64,000 bases of DNA from Spirochaetia bacterium (GTDB lineage: Bacteria > Spirochaetota > Spirochaetia > UBA9216), in contig OY776510.1 in NCBI GenBank assembly GCA_963675665.1, positions 3,456,001-3,520,000 on the forward strand, read 5' to 3'. The position numbers and the translations under genes are program-made. Shown here piece after piece: positions 51,784-61,079 of the stretch (the stretch's first letter is position 1; every line of letters begins with the position of its first letter). The notes under the pieces were generated by a model. It was not told the origin of the DNA, made no database searches, and worked only from the letters and a program-made list of their open reading frames with translations.

Positions 51784-53889
51784 ATGACAAATAATAAGCC
51801 TCTTGAATTGGGGCCTGAAGGTGAATTTGAAAAGAAGAGGTTAAGCCGTCTTGTTAAGATTCAGCGAAGCGATAAAGCATTCTTTCTGCTTGCAAGCCAC
51901 AGCTATATAGAAAGCTGGCTTAGGCAGGCTCTTCACATGTGGGAAGACAGCTACTGCTTCAGGGACCTGATTTTTAAATTCAAGATAGAACTTATAGAAA
52001 ACTCGAAATCGTTTCCCAGTACACTTAATGTTCTTCAATCGCTTGCGGCAAAAGAAAAAACTGCAACTGTTATTAAGCAGAATTTTTCAGACATAACTCC
52101 TGAAGAGGCTTCTGCAGCTGCATACAGGCTTCTCCAGTTCTGTCATCTGGCCGACATAGACAATAATGAAGAACTTGAACAGATCGGTTCTGTTCTTAAA
52201 TCCTGGACAGACCGCAGCCTGATTCCTGAAGACGAAATTACAAAACTGCATCAGAAACTTGCCGTCAGCCAGCAGCGAAACAAAGAACTTCTTAATGAAA
52301 TTGAAAAGCTTAGAGAATATAAATCAAGAATTGCAGAACTTGAAACAGAAATAAGAACAATAAAACGGCAAAATTTCGGCGGGCAGGCACAGGACCTGGT
52401 TAACCGTATGGCTGAAATTGAAAAAAACAAAAAGGCAGATGAAAAAATAATTGAAACTCTTAAACCGGCTGATGATTATGTAATTAACCTGGAAAGGCTG
52501 ACAAGCTACACAAGAACAAGATTTGATTTTGAACGCGATATAACCAGGTTAACAGATGAGCAGCAGGAAGTTCTCGACTGCATCAACCTTAAAAACGACT
52601 TCCTGGTTAAAGGCGGGGCAGGAACAGGGAAAACTCTTGTACTTATTAAATCTCTGGAAAAAGCTCTGCAAATCAGTAATAATGAACTGGGTTTTTCAGA
52701 TTCTCCTCTGAAAATGAGTATGCTTACATACAACCGTACGCTTGCCAAGTACGACAGGTACCTGGCAGAACTCTTAAAACAGGAAGAAGATTCAGCTAAA
52801 ATCGAAACAATTGACAAATTTTTATACGACAGGCTGAGAAAGATTAATCCCGATTATAAAATTATTTTTGATGATGATTTTTTTATTAATCTTGTTAAGG
52901 AACATGTGATTTTAAACAATGAAACCGCATTTAGATATTTAAAAGAAATAGACGGATTAATTTACGCGTCTGATCTTTCAGAAGACGAGTATCTTAAAAC
53001 AACCGGAGTATTCAATAAGAAAGAAAGAAAAAAAATATGGGAAACAAGCGTTATTCTTGCTGAAAAGATGAAATCGATATCAACATATACCAAGAATTTC
53101 AGCAGAAGAATTATTCTTGACCATCTTGAAAAAAAACCTGAAGATGAAGAAATTCACGATACTGATTTCACATTCATAGATGAGGTACAGGACCTTACTG
53201 CTGCTGATATTAAAACGGTTAAAGCCTGTACCAGGCGTGCAATAATTATGGCAGGAGATTCGGACCAGGCGATTTATCAGAACGGTTTTTCATTTGCCCG
53301 TTCAGGCATTGATATACGGGGAACAACAAAAATACTCAGAACAAATTTCCGTAACAGTATCGAAATCCAGAAGACGGCATCTGCTTATACCGGAAAACCA
53401 TTTGAACACAGGGCATTCAGAACAGGACCTCCACCCGAAATGTATCTTGCAGATAATATCCAGGAAATAAATGATTTGATAGTTAAACGTGTGAGCTTGT
53501 TTTTAAACGAGCTTTGCTATGATCCTGAAAATGTTTGTATACTTGTTCCAAGCAGCCGAGATATTGAGCTGCTTCAGGACAGCCTTCAAAAAGCAGGTTA
53601 TGAAAGCCACGACCTAAGAGCCGACGGGTTCTCTTTCAAATCGCGCGGCGTTATACGCATATCAACAATGCATTCAAGCAAGGGCCTTGATTTTCCGGTT
53701 GTTCTGCTTAGCCTGCATACAGTACCGCAGGTAGCAGGAAAAACCGAAGAAGAAAAGGATCTTATGAGGGAAAATTTAATTTATGTTTCAATGACCCGTG
53801 CTATGGATCAACTGAATATTTTCTGCCTGAAAGATGAAAAAAATACAGAGATAAAAAAACTTATCTCTGTATTCAAAAAAACAAAATAA
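51784..53889 (+). CDS. UvrD/SF1-like helicase with unknown N-terminal domain and coiled coil
   Basis: GGAGTGKT, IDEVQD, GDSDQAIY, NFRNS, HSSKGLDF, YVSMTRA. Confidence 0.85.
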   Translation: MTNNKPLELGPEGEFEKKRLSRLVKIQRSDKAFFLLASHSYIESWLRQALHMWEDSYCFRDLIFKFKIELIENSKSFPSTLNVLQSLAAKEKTATVIKQNFSDITPEEASAAAYRLLQFCHLADIDNNEELEQIGSVLKSWTDRSLIPEDEITKLHQKLAVSQQRNKELLNEIEKLREYKSRIAELETEIRTIKRQNFGGQAQDLVNRMAEIEKNKKADEKIIETLKPADDYVINLERLTSYTRTRFDFERDITRLTDEQQEVLDCINLKNDFLVKGGAGTGKTLVLIKSLEKALQISNNELGFSDSPLKMSMLTYNRTLAKYDRYLAELLKQEEDSAKIETIDKFLYDRLRKINPDYKIIFDDDFFINLVKEHVILNNETAFRYLKEIDGLIYASDLSEDEYLKTTGVFNKKERKKIWETSVILAEKMKSISTYTKNFSRRIILDHLEKKPEDEEIHDTDFTFIDEVQDLTAADIKTVKACTRRAIIMAGDSDQAIYQNGFSFARSGIDIRGTTKILRTNFRNSIEIQKTASAYTGKPFEHRAFRTGPPPEMYLADNIQEINDLIVKRVSLFLNELCYDPENVCILVPSSRDIELLQDSLQKAGYESHDLRADGFSFKSRGVIRISTMHSSKGLDFPVVLLSLHTVPQVAGKTEEEKDLMRENLIYVSMTRAMDQLNIFCLKDEKNTEIKKLISVFKKTK

Positions 53890-53898
53890 AACAGGCTT

Positions 53899-55032
53899 TT
53901 ATGCCATTACATTTTCAAGCTGTTTCAGCTTTTGTATTACAGGAATATGTTGTGGACATGCTTCCTCGCACTGCCCGCATTCTATACAGTTTGAGGCCTT
54001 TTTGGAATCTTCAAAATAGTTCTTATAACTTACTTTGAACTGATCAACAGAATTATAGACAGAAGTATTATTAAGAAAAGTAAGGTTTGCAGGAATATCA
54101 ACTCCGGAAGGACAGGGCATACAGTATTTGCAATTTGTGCACGGTGCAATAATACGTTCTTCGTACATTTTGCGTACATTTGAGATAATTTTATGCTCGT
54201 TGTCGCTTAACCCGCCGGCATCGGCTTTTTCAGCTGATGCAATATTCTCTATTACCTGATGCATATCGCTCATACCGCTTAATACGGTGTTTACTTTTTC
54301 ATTGTCCCAGACAAAACGCAAAGCAATATCTGCAGGGGAACTTGAGTTACCGGCCTTTTGCCATTCATCATTAATATCATCGGGAATATTTTTAAGGAAA
54401 CTGCCTCCTCGAAGCGGTTCCATTATGACTATACCAAGATTACGATCGGCTGCATATTCAAGCCCTTCCAGCCCGGCCTGATACTCAAGATCCATAAAAT
54501 TATACTGTATCTGACAGAAATCCCAGTTGTAACTATCAACAATCTCTTTGAAAACTGGCAAATCATCGTGAAATGAAAAACCTATATACTTTATCTTCCC
54601 CGATTCAAGAGCTTTTTCTATAAAATCAAACAATTCTGCTTTAACAACTTGCGCCCATGTAGCAGCACCAAGCGAATGAATCAGATAAAAATCGATATAC
54701 TCAGTTTTAAGTTTTTTAAGCTGATTATCGAGATAATAATCCATATCTTCTCTTTTCTTTATTAGCCATGCAGGAAGTTTTGTAGCAAGTTTTACCTTAT
54801 TGCGATAACCGTCAGACAAAGCCTTTCCGGTAATAAGTTCACTCTGACCGCCATGATAAGGCCATGCTGTGTCTATATAGTTTACACCGGAATCTATTGC
54901 ATAACGGATCATCTTAATACTTTCAGCCTCGTCAACTGTTTTATCGGAACCGGAAACGAGAGGAAGACGCATGCACCCAAAACCCAAAACAGAAACCATT
55001 TCACCAGTTTTACCAAATTTCCTATATTTCAT
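53899..55032 (-). CDS. Aldo/keto reductase with C-terminal Fe-S domain
   Basis: LGFGCMRLP, YIDTAWPY, IMEPLRGG, CTNCKYCMPCP, CIECGQCEEACP. Confidence 0.92.
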   Translation of the reverse strand: MKYRKFGKTGEMVSVLGFGCMRLPLVSGSDKTVDEAESIKMIRYAIDSGVNYIDTAWPYHGGQSELITGKALSDGYRNKVKLATKLPAWLIKKREDMDYYLDNQLKKLKTEYIDFYLIHSLGAATWAQVVKAELFDFIEKALESGKIKYIGFSFHDDLPVFKEIVDSYNWDFCQIQYNFMDLEYQAGLEGLEYAADRNLGIVIMEPLRGGSFLKNIPDDINDEWQKAGNSSSPADIALRFVWDNEKVNTVLSGMSDMHQVIENIASAEKADAGGLSDNEHKIISNVRKMYEERIIAPCTNCKYCMPCPSGVDIPANLTFLNNTSVYNSVDQFKVSYKNYFEDSKKASNCIECGQCEEACPQHIPVIQKLKQLENVMA

Positions 55033-55157
55033 AAAAATATTATAGCAGGATGAATATTCAGATACCAGTCTGTTATCATCAAACACCTGAATAAAACAGA
55101 TATAGTTATACTACGTATATACAACGCCTATAAATAGTCAGTATTACTCTTTTCTAT

Positions 55158-55193
55158 TTGACAAAAAATAAACATGAGTACATAATTTTGTCA
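55158..55193 (+). promoter_or_regulatory. Putative recombinase promoter with overlapping inverted repeat
   Basis: TTGACA(55158-63)-17 bp-CATAAT(55181-86); tgacaaaa(55159-66)/ttttgtca(55186-93). Confidence 0.55.
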
Positions 55194-55200
55194 TTAAAAG

Positions 55201-56265
55201 ATGAATATAAAAATAACTTTAAAAAATGATGATTTAATTGAACTCACCTGTCCATATAATACAGAATTAATATCTGTAGTTAAAAAAATACCGGGAAGAA
55301 GGTGGCATCCGGACAGGAAGCTTTGGACATATCCTAATAAAGATAAAAATACCCAATACCTGCTTGAATATTTATATAAAACAGGCTCTTCTTATTACGA
55401 CAAACAGAAAAATCTGCAAAAGAACACTAATATAATTACACCTCTTGAAAAAACTGTAAGATATTTGAGACTGAAAGAATACAGCCCCAAAACAATCTAC
55501 ACCTATAAAAAACATATAAACTGGTTTTTCCGGAGAACCGGTTTGGAGCCGAAGGATGTCCGTACCGAAGATATAATTTTATATCTTGAAAAAATCAAAA
55601 ATGTTGCCGGATGCTCCAGAACTTATGCTGTTCAATGCATAAGCGCTCTGAAATGTTTTTACAGCCGGGGATTTGATTCGTGGTTCAATCCGGCTGACAA
55701 TATTCCGCTGCCTAAGAAAGATCATAAGTTTCCGGATATTCTTTCAAGAAAAGAAATCTCGGATATACTGGAAATAACCGCTAATATTAAACACAAGTTT
55801 TTAATATTATTGATCTATTCCGCCGGCCTGAGGGTAAGCGAAGCTGTCAATTTAAAAATAAACGATCTGGATTTTGACAGAAAAATGATTCATATCAGAT
55901 CAGGAAAAGGTAAAAAAGACAGGTATGTAATGTTATCGGAAAAAGCTGTAAAACTATATTTAGATTACAATAAGCAGGTAATGTTACAAAACTGGCTCTT
56001 CCCAGGTCAGGATTATAACTCTCATTTAAGCATACGATCAGCACAATCAGTATTTATCAGAGCAACTGAAAAAACTGAAATACAAAAAAAAGTCAGCATA
56101 CATTCATTACGTCATGCATTTGCTACACATCTACTTGAAGACGGTGTAGATTTAAGATACATACAGGAGCTTCTGGGGCATAAAAGCAGTAAAACAACAG
56201 AAATATATACCCATGTAACAAAAGTAAGTATAAACCGCCTGAAAAGCCCTATAGACAGATGGTAA
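55201..56265 (+). CDS. Tyrosine recombinase heading the cassette array; HARP-like N-terminus, SAM-like domain, no IntI-specific insertion
   Basis: GLRVSE, GKGKKDR, HSLRH, LLGH, TEIYTH catalytic set intact; PYNTELISVVKKIPGRRWHPDRKLW N-terminus. Confidence 0.9.
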   Translation: MNIKITLKNDDLIELTCPYNTELISVVKKIPGRRWHPDRKLWTYPNKDKNTQYLLEYLYKTGSSYYDKQKNLQKNTNIITPLEKTVRYLRLKEYSPKTIYTYKKHINWFFRRTGLEPKDVRTEDIILYLEKIKNVAGCSRTYAVQCISALKCFYSRGFDSWFNPADNIPLPKKDHKFPDILSRKEISDILEITANIKHKFLILLIYSAGLRVSEAVNLKINDLDFDRKMIHIRSGKGKKDRYVMLSEKAVKLYLDYNKQVMLQNWLFPGQDYNSHLSIRSAQSVFIRATEKTEIQKKVSIHSLRHAFATHLLEDGVDLRYIQELLGHKSSKTTEIYTHVTKVSINRLKSPIDRW

Positions 56266-56280
56266 CCAAAATTTTGAAGG

Positions 56281-56321
56281 GTTATATGCATGTTATACAT
56301 GAAGATAAATTGAAGTTGAGG
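56281..56321 (+). other. Putative attI site
   Basis: AGATAAA-TTGAA-GTTGAGG (56303-56321) has attI L-5bp-R spacing; GTTATAT/GTTATAC direct repeats at 56281/56292; gttgaggcga..tagc mirrors the end of cassette 1 (gctacatcgcctaac). Confidence 0.55.
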
Positions 56322-56357
56322 CGAAATAGCGAAATAAATAAAAATTGAGTTGGTTTA

Positions 56358-56675
56358 ATGAAAAAATATACAGGACATATTCCACCTTGTGGGATCTTTT
56401 GTGGAAGCTGTCCAAAATATAAAATTGATTGTGAAGGAGCAGAACATCATTGTAGTAGAGAAAATTGGGAAATGATTTATACATGTTGTGTTGAAAAAAA
56501 GAAATATAAATTTTGTTATGAATGTTATGACTATCCATGTTCATATTTCCACAATTTTTCAAAATCATGGCTTACTATTACAGACTCTAAAGATAATATT
56601 ATGGACAATCAAGTATTTATTAAAAATGATGGTCCTGAATATTTTTTGAAGAAAATGAATGAGAGGCTCAAATAA
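56358..56675 (+). CDS. Cassette 1: DUF3795-like Cys-rich protein
   Basis: PCGIFCGSCP, IYTCC..K...FCYEC..YPC. Confidence 0.78.
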   Translation: MKKYTGHIPPCGIFCGSCPKYKIDCEGAEHHCSRENWEMIYTCCVEKKKYKFCYECYDYPCSYFHNFSKSWLTITDSKDNIMDNQVFIKNDGPEYFLKKMNERLK

Positions 56676-56688
56676 TATATGCTACATC

Positions 56689-56786
56689 GCCTAACAAGCG
56701 AATATGAGGCTACGGTGACAAGCACCTTCGCCCAAATAAACCTCCCATTCGGTCGGTTTACTTCTCATATTCGCAGGACGTTAGAT
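56689..56786 (+). repeat. attC-like site 1 (98 bp)
   Basis: GCCTAAC-aa-gcgaatatgag...ctcatattcgc-aggac-GTTAGAT. Confidence 0.85.
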
Positions 56787-56856
56787 TGCAATTTCTGTCC
56801 TGGTTGGGATTATTTAAGGAAGAGCCCGCCTTCCGTGGCGGGCATGGAGATAAGAA

Positions 56857-57921
56857 ATGAATAATAAAGTATTATATTATCCAAGTATAGAATTTTATGA
56901 TGTTAGTTGGGTTAAAGCATCTCTATGTATTTGGGACAAAGTTTATAGAATTGTGCCTTCAACTTATATTCCCAATGATTGTTTAGAAATAGAAACATTT
57001 ATTAATCATGGACTAGTTGATAATATTAGTATTGAACAAAATGATTTATCAGAAACAGCTGATAATTTTATCGATTTTATTGAAAAAATACCAGGATTAC
57101 CTGCTGGCATTGAAGGATATGAAAAGATCAATTTGCACAAAGAAAAAGTAGATGATCGTATTCTGCCCATATTAGAAGCGATATCAGACAAATTTGAATT
57201 AGAATCATGGATACCTCTATCAAGACCGATAGTAAACGCTTACATGCTTTTTTTTGCAGAAACTATTTCAAGAAGAAGAAAAATGCCAAAGATTACTGAT
57301 AATGTCGACATGTATACAATAATGCATTATTTTATGGCAGATGGTAATATTGATGAATCAATAGGTTCACATGAACATAAAGAATATAGCATTAATCTTG
57401 TATTAGAAAATATTATACCAGCAGATATTAATACCGTATCACCTGAGATTATACTTAATTTCAGAGAAGCAACAGAAGATATTAGAGACACTTTTAGAAA
57501 CTATGTATATAATTTGATTGATGAAATAAAGTCTATTGAAAGTGAATCTTATGCAAAAGAAATAATAACTGATAGTATTTCTGATATTTCTAAAAATAAT
57601 TCATCGCAAAAAAGAGTTATTAAAGAATTAGGTATGAATTTCACTACATCATTTCTTTCAATAGGTATACCTACTACAATTTCGGCAATTGCACTTTTTT
57701 CAAATACAAATAATATATTTTCCATAAACGAAATAATGGGTTCAGTTTTCATTGGAGCAGTTGCGTCTATTGCAGATACAGTCCGCTCAAGAAGAAAAGA
57801 TTGGAGTTCAGAGGAATCACTTTTTATGCATGAATTAGATAGAAGATTTGATACTTATAGGAATTTCAGGCCAACAACTAATCGACATTTTAATATTTTA
57901 GAAGAATATATTAATGATTAA
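56857..57921 (+). CDS. Cassette 2 gene 1: DUF6236-like protein of unknown function
   Basis: LYYPSI...WVKASLCIWDKVYRIVP N-terminus; hydrophobic segments near C-terminus. Confidence 0.6.
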   Translation: MNNKVLYYPSIEFYDVSWVKASLCIWDKVYRIVPSTYIPNDCLEIETFINHGLVDNISIEQNDLSETADNFIDFIEKIPGLPAGIEGYEKINLHKEKVDDRILPILEAISDKFELESWIPLSRPIVNAYMLFFAETISRRRKMPKITDNVDMYTIMHYFMADGNIDESIGSHEHKEYSINLVLENIIPADINTVSPEIILNFREATEDIRDTFRNYVYNLIDEIKSIESESYAKEIITDSISDISKNNSSQKRVIKELGMNFTTSFLSIGIPTTISAIALFSNTNNIFSINEIMGSVFIGAVASIADTVRSRRKDWSSEESLFMHELDRRFDTYRNFRPTTNRHFNILEEYIND

Positions 57922-57952
57922 TAAAGTAAATAAAACTTAAAAGGAGCATAGC

Positions 57953-59515
57953 ATGTCAGAAAAACTAATTCTAGATGCATTAATTACAAGAGAAGATTTT
58001 GAAATCTCTGACGAATTAGATATACCCACAACAGATATGAAAGATACTTTGTCAATTCAAGATTTAGAATATAATTCTTTTTTCTATCGTGCATTAAGAA
58101 AGCCTGATTTTCAAAGAGAGACTAGTGATTGGACTATTGAAAAAACATTTCAATTTATTGAAAGTTTTATTAATGGAGATTTAATACCTGCAGTTATTTT
58201 GTGGAAAAATAGTTCAGGTTTAATATTTGTAATAGATGGTTCTCATCGAATCAGCGCTTTATCTTCATGGATAAATAACGACTATGGGGATGGTCGTTAT
58301 TCAATAGAATTTTATAATAATCAAATTTCAAACCAACAGAAAAAACAAGCCCAAACAGCAAGAACAATAATTGATGCTACAATAGGTTCATATGATTCAT
58401 ATAAAAATATTGATACAAATCTAAAAGAAGAAAATTTAACGAAATATAAAAAGGCGATGCAGTTAGGTTCTACAGCTATTCAAATTCAATGGGTAAAAGG
58501 TGATTCTAAAAAAGCAGAGGAGTCATTTTTTAAGATAAATGAAAAAGCTTCTCCAATTGATAATACTGAAAAGAAGATTATTAAAAATAGAAACAAACCA
58601 ATTGGGATAGCTGCAAGAGCAATCATGAGAAGTGGTAGTGGATATAGATATTGGTCCAAATTTGATAATAAAAGAAAAAATGAAGTTGAGCAGCTTGCAA
58701 AAGACATAAATGATATGCTTTTCTTACCAGAATATACAACCCCTATTAAAAGTTTAGATTTACCGATTGGCGGAAAGATCTTATCGAATAAAGGTTTAGC
58801 ACTAGTTCATGATACAATAATGATATGTAATAATTTAAATGAAAAAGAATTAGAGAGAATAGTGGATGACAATGATGGGATAAATACTGTTAAATACTTA
58901 AAACGAACAAAAAGACTTTTATTGAGGATTAATAGTCAACATCCAGGCTCTTTAGGATTACATCCAGTTATATATTTTTATTCAATACGTGGTGTTCATA
59001 AAGTAGCCTCATATTATGGAATACTTGATTTTATTAATTATATAGAAGAAACGAATAGGTACAACGATTTTATAGAAATACGCGAGAAGTTTGAAAGAAT
59101 CTTATTAGATTATGAATTCCTGATACAACAAATAGTACGTCATGATAGGCAATCTATAAATGGATATAAAAATATTAAGGAATATTATTCTTTAATTATG
59201 GACTATTTATTACAAGGTAAAGAGATTGAGGAAGTAATTAAAATGATTCTTGATACTAAGAAGTTTTCATATCTTTCTATTGCAATTACTAAAATGGAAG
59301 AAACTAAAGCTAAAAAATTCTCAAGAGATAAAAAATCGATAATTTTTATCAAGGAAGGTTTAAAAACAATTCCTAAATGTGGTATTTGTGGCGGGGCGTT
59401 ACATTCAAAATCGATATCAATTGATCATATAGAAAGAAAACAGGATGGTGGAATTTCAATGATAGATAATGGCCAATTATCACATCCATATTGTAATACA
59501 ACATATAAAAATTGA
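57953..59515 (+). CDS. Cassette 2 gene 2: DUF262 (GmrSD/ParB-like) plus C-terminal HNH nuclease
   Basis: PDFQRE..W, IPAVILW, VIDGSHR, FFKIN; CGICG...IDHIERKQDGG...NGQLSHPYCN. Confidence 0.82.
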   Translation: MSEKLILDALITREDFEISDELDIPTTDMKDTLSIQDLEYNSFFYRALRKPDFQRETSDWTIEKTFQFIESFINGDLIPAVILWKNSSGLIFVIDGSHRISALSSWINNDYGDGRYSIEFYNNQISNQQKKQAQTARTIIDATIGSYDSYKNIDTNLKEENLTKYKKAMQLGSTAIQIQWVKGDSKKAEESFFKINEKASPIDNTEKKIIKNRNKPIGIAARAIMRSGSGYRYWSKFDNKRKNEVEQLAKDINDMLFLPEYTTPIKSLDLPIGGKILSNKGLALVHDTIMICNNLNEKELERIVDDNDGINTVKYLKRTKRLLLRINSQHPGSLGLHPVIYFYSIRGVHKVASYYGILDFINYIEETNRYNDFIEIREKFERILLDYEFLIQQIVRHDRQSINGYKNIKEYYSLIMDYLLQGKEIEEVIKMILDTKKFSYLSIAITKMEETKAKKFSRDKKSIIFIKEGLKTIPKCGICGGALHSKSISIDHIERKQDGGISMIDNGQLSHPYCNTTYKN

Positions 59516-59658
59516 TAATTAATAAAAAATGTATTGGAATCATGAATTATCTACATGATTAATTTGAAAAGGAGTTAAGCATATAGAAAATGATTATAGG
59601 GTCAAATACATCCATGTATTTGACAATTAAGTATTAAAGCAACCATGAAAGAAACGGC

Positions 59659-59806
59659 ATCTAACAAGCAAATATGTAGCTCCGGCCATTCGGCCTGCGC
59701 CCAAATTGAAGCTAACGGAGAAGCGGAGCAGGACAGTCGGGTTTGCTCATTGACAAAACACTCCTTTGGCGGCGCTTCAACTTTACATATTCGCGGAACG
59801 TTATGT
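59659..59806 (+). repeat. attC-like site 2 (148 bp)
   Basis: ATCTAAC-aa-gcaaatatgta...tacatattcgc-ggaac-GTTATGT; internal ttgaagc/gcttcaa pairing. Confidence 0.85.
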
Positions 59807-59955
59807 GCAATTACCCCGCCCCTTTTTTGGGAGAAGAGATTGTATATAGGCAAACTGGCATCCGTGCCAGTTTGGAAATGTATAAACACACATCGCATCG
59901 CATAAAAAGGTGAGATTATAGAATTAAAATTTATTAGTATGCATAACAAGGAAGC

Positions 59956-60837
59956 ATGATAATGGAATGGTCTGAAAGAATGAATATGGCAATCGATTAT
60001 ATTGAAGATAATATTAAAAATGAGATACTGATTTCAGAAGTAGCAAATATAGCCAATTGTTCATCATTTCATTTTCAGCGAATGTTTTATGCAATCATTG
60101 GGATTACGCCTGCTGAATATATCAGACGACGAAGATTGACTTTAGCAGCCTCTGATCTCGCTGCTGGGAATGAAAAAGTCATTGATATTGCTCTGAAATA
60201 TGGTTATGAATCACCAAATGCGTTTACTAGAGCATTCCGGAATATGCATGGTATTAATCCACGAGAAGTGCGCAGCTCAGAGGTTAAATTATCGGCATAT
60301 AATCGTGTTTCTTTTCATATCGAAATCAAAGGAGGAAATGATATGGATTATAAAATAGTCGAAAAACCGTCTTTTGAATTGGTAGGGAAGAGTAAAAACT
60401 TTACACATGAAAACTTTTTTAAAGAAGGCCCTAAATTCTGGAAAGAATACGTATGTACAGATGAATACCAAGAGCTTTGGAATTTGACAAATGGTAGATG
60501 GGGAGAGGTGACTGATTCCCCTCTGATGTCTGTCTATTTGCCTAGTGAAAAAAATGATGAATCATTTATTGATATTCTTGGTGTTGAAAAGTCAGATAGT
60601 TTTAATAATCATAAATTTGAACTATTTCAGATACCAGCTGCTACCTATGCAGAATTTAATTGTACTTATCAGACTTCTGCAAAAATGAATAAATTTATTT
60701 ACGGTGAATGGCTTCCTTCAACCGGTTATGAAAGGGATACTCAAAAAGCTGATATTGCAGCTTATTTCCCAGTAGCTTTTATGTCAACAAAAGGGATGGG
60801 GGTACGATGGTGGATACCAGTGGTTAAGAGAAAGTGA
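59956..60837 (+). CDS. Cassette 3: AraC-family regulator with GyrI-like effector domain
   Basis: AIDYIEDN, FHFQRMF, YIRRRRLTLAA, YGYESPNAFTRAF; C-terminal YAEF..EWLP. Confidence 0.92.
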   Translation: MIMEWSERMNMAIDYIEDNIKNEILISEVANIANCSSFHFQRMFYAIIGITPAEYIRRRRLTLAASDLAAGNEKVIDIALKYGYESPNAFTRAFRNMHGINPREVRSSEVKLSAYNRVSFHIEIKGGNDMDYKIVEKPSFELVGKSKNFTHENFFKEGPKFWKEYVCTDEYQELWNLTNGRWGEVTDSPLMSVYLPSEKNDESFIDILGVEKSDSFNNHKFELFQIPAATYAEFNCTYQTSAKMNKFIYGEWLPSTGYERDTQKADIAAYFPVAFMSTKGMGVRWWIPVVKRK

Positions 60838-60909
60838 AAGAGATTTCAAGCAAAACATCGTGTTTTGCTTGAAGAATTCTCTTAAGAAAGACCGGGGCGG
60901 GGAAACTGC

Positions 60910-61001
60910 ATCTAACAAGGGTTACACGCTCCGGCCATTCGGCCTGCGGGCTGCGCCACATTCGGCTGCGCCGAACGTCGTGTAACCCTGGAACGTTATA
61001 C
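60910..61001 (+). repeat. attC-like site 3 (92 bp)
   Basis: ATCTAAC-aa-gggttacacg...cgtgtaaccc-tggaac-GTTATAC. Confidence 0.88.
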
Positions 61002-61079
61002 AAAATGTTCCCGCTAAGAGGAAGACGCCCGGACCTCCGGCCGACGGGCTAAAAGAGAGTTTAAGATTAAGGAATCAAG

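Noticed and set aside
55201-56265. Recombinase read as chromosomal XerC/XerD or prophage integrase
   Set aside because: It has an extra N-terminal domain, no phage genes are nearby, and it directly abuts the att-site array.
56281-56298. GTTATAT or GTTATAC as the attI crossover
   Set aside because: Less favoured than GTT at 56315, which has a TAAA L-box at 5-bp spacing and mirrors the end of cassette 1; not fully excluded.
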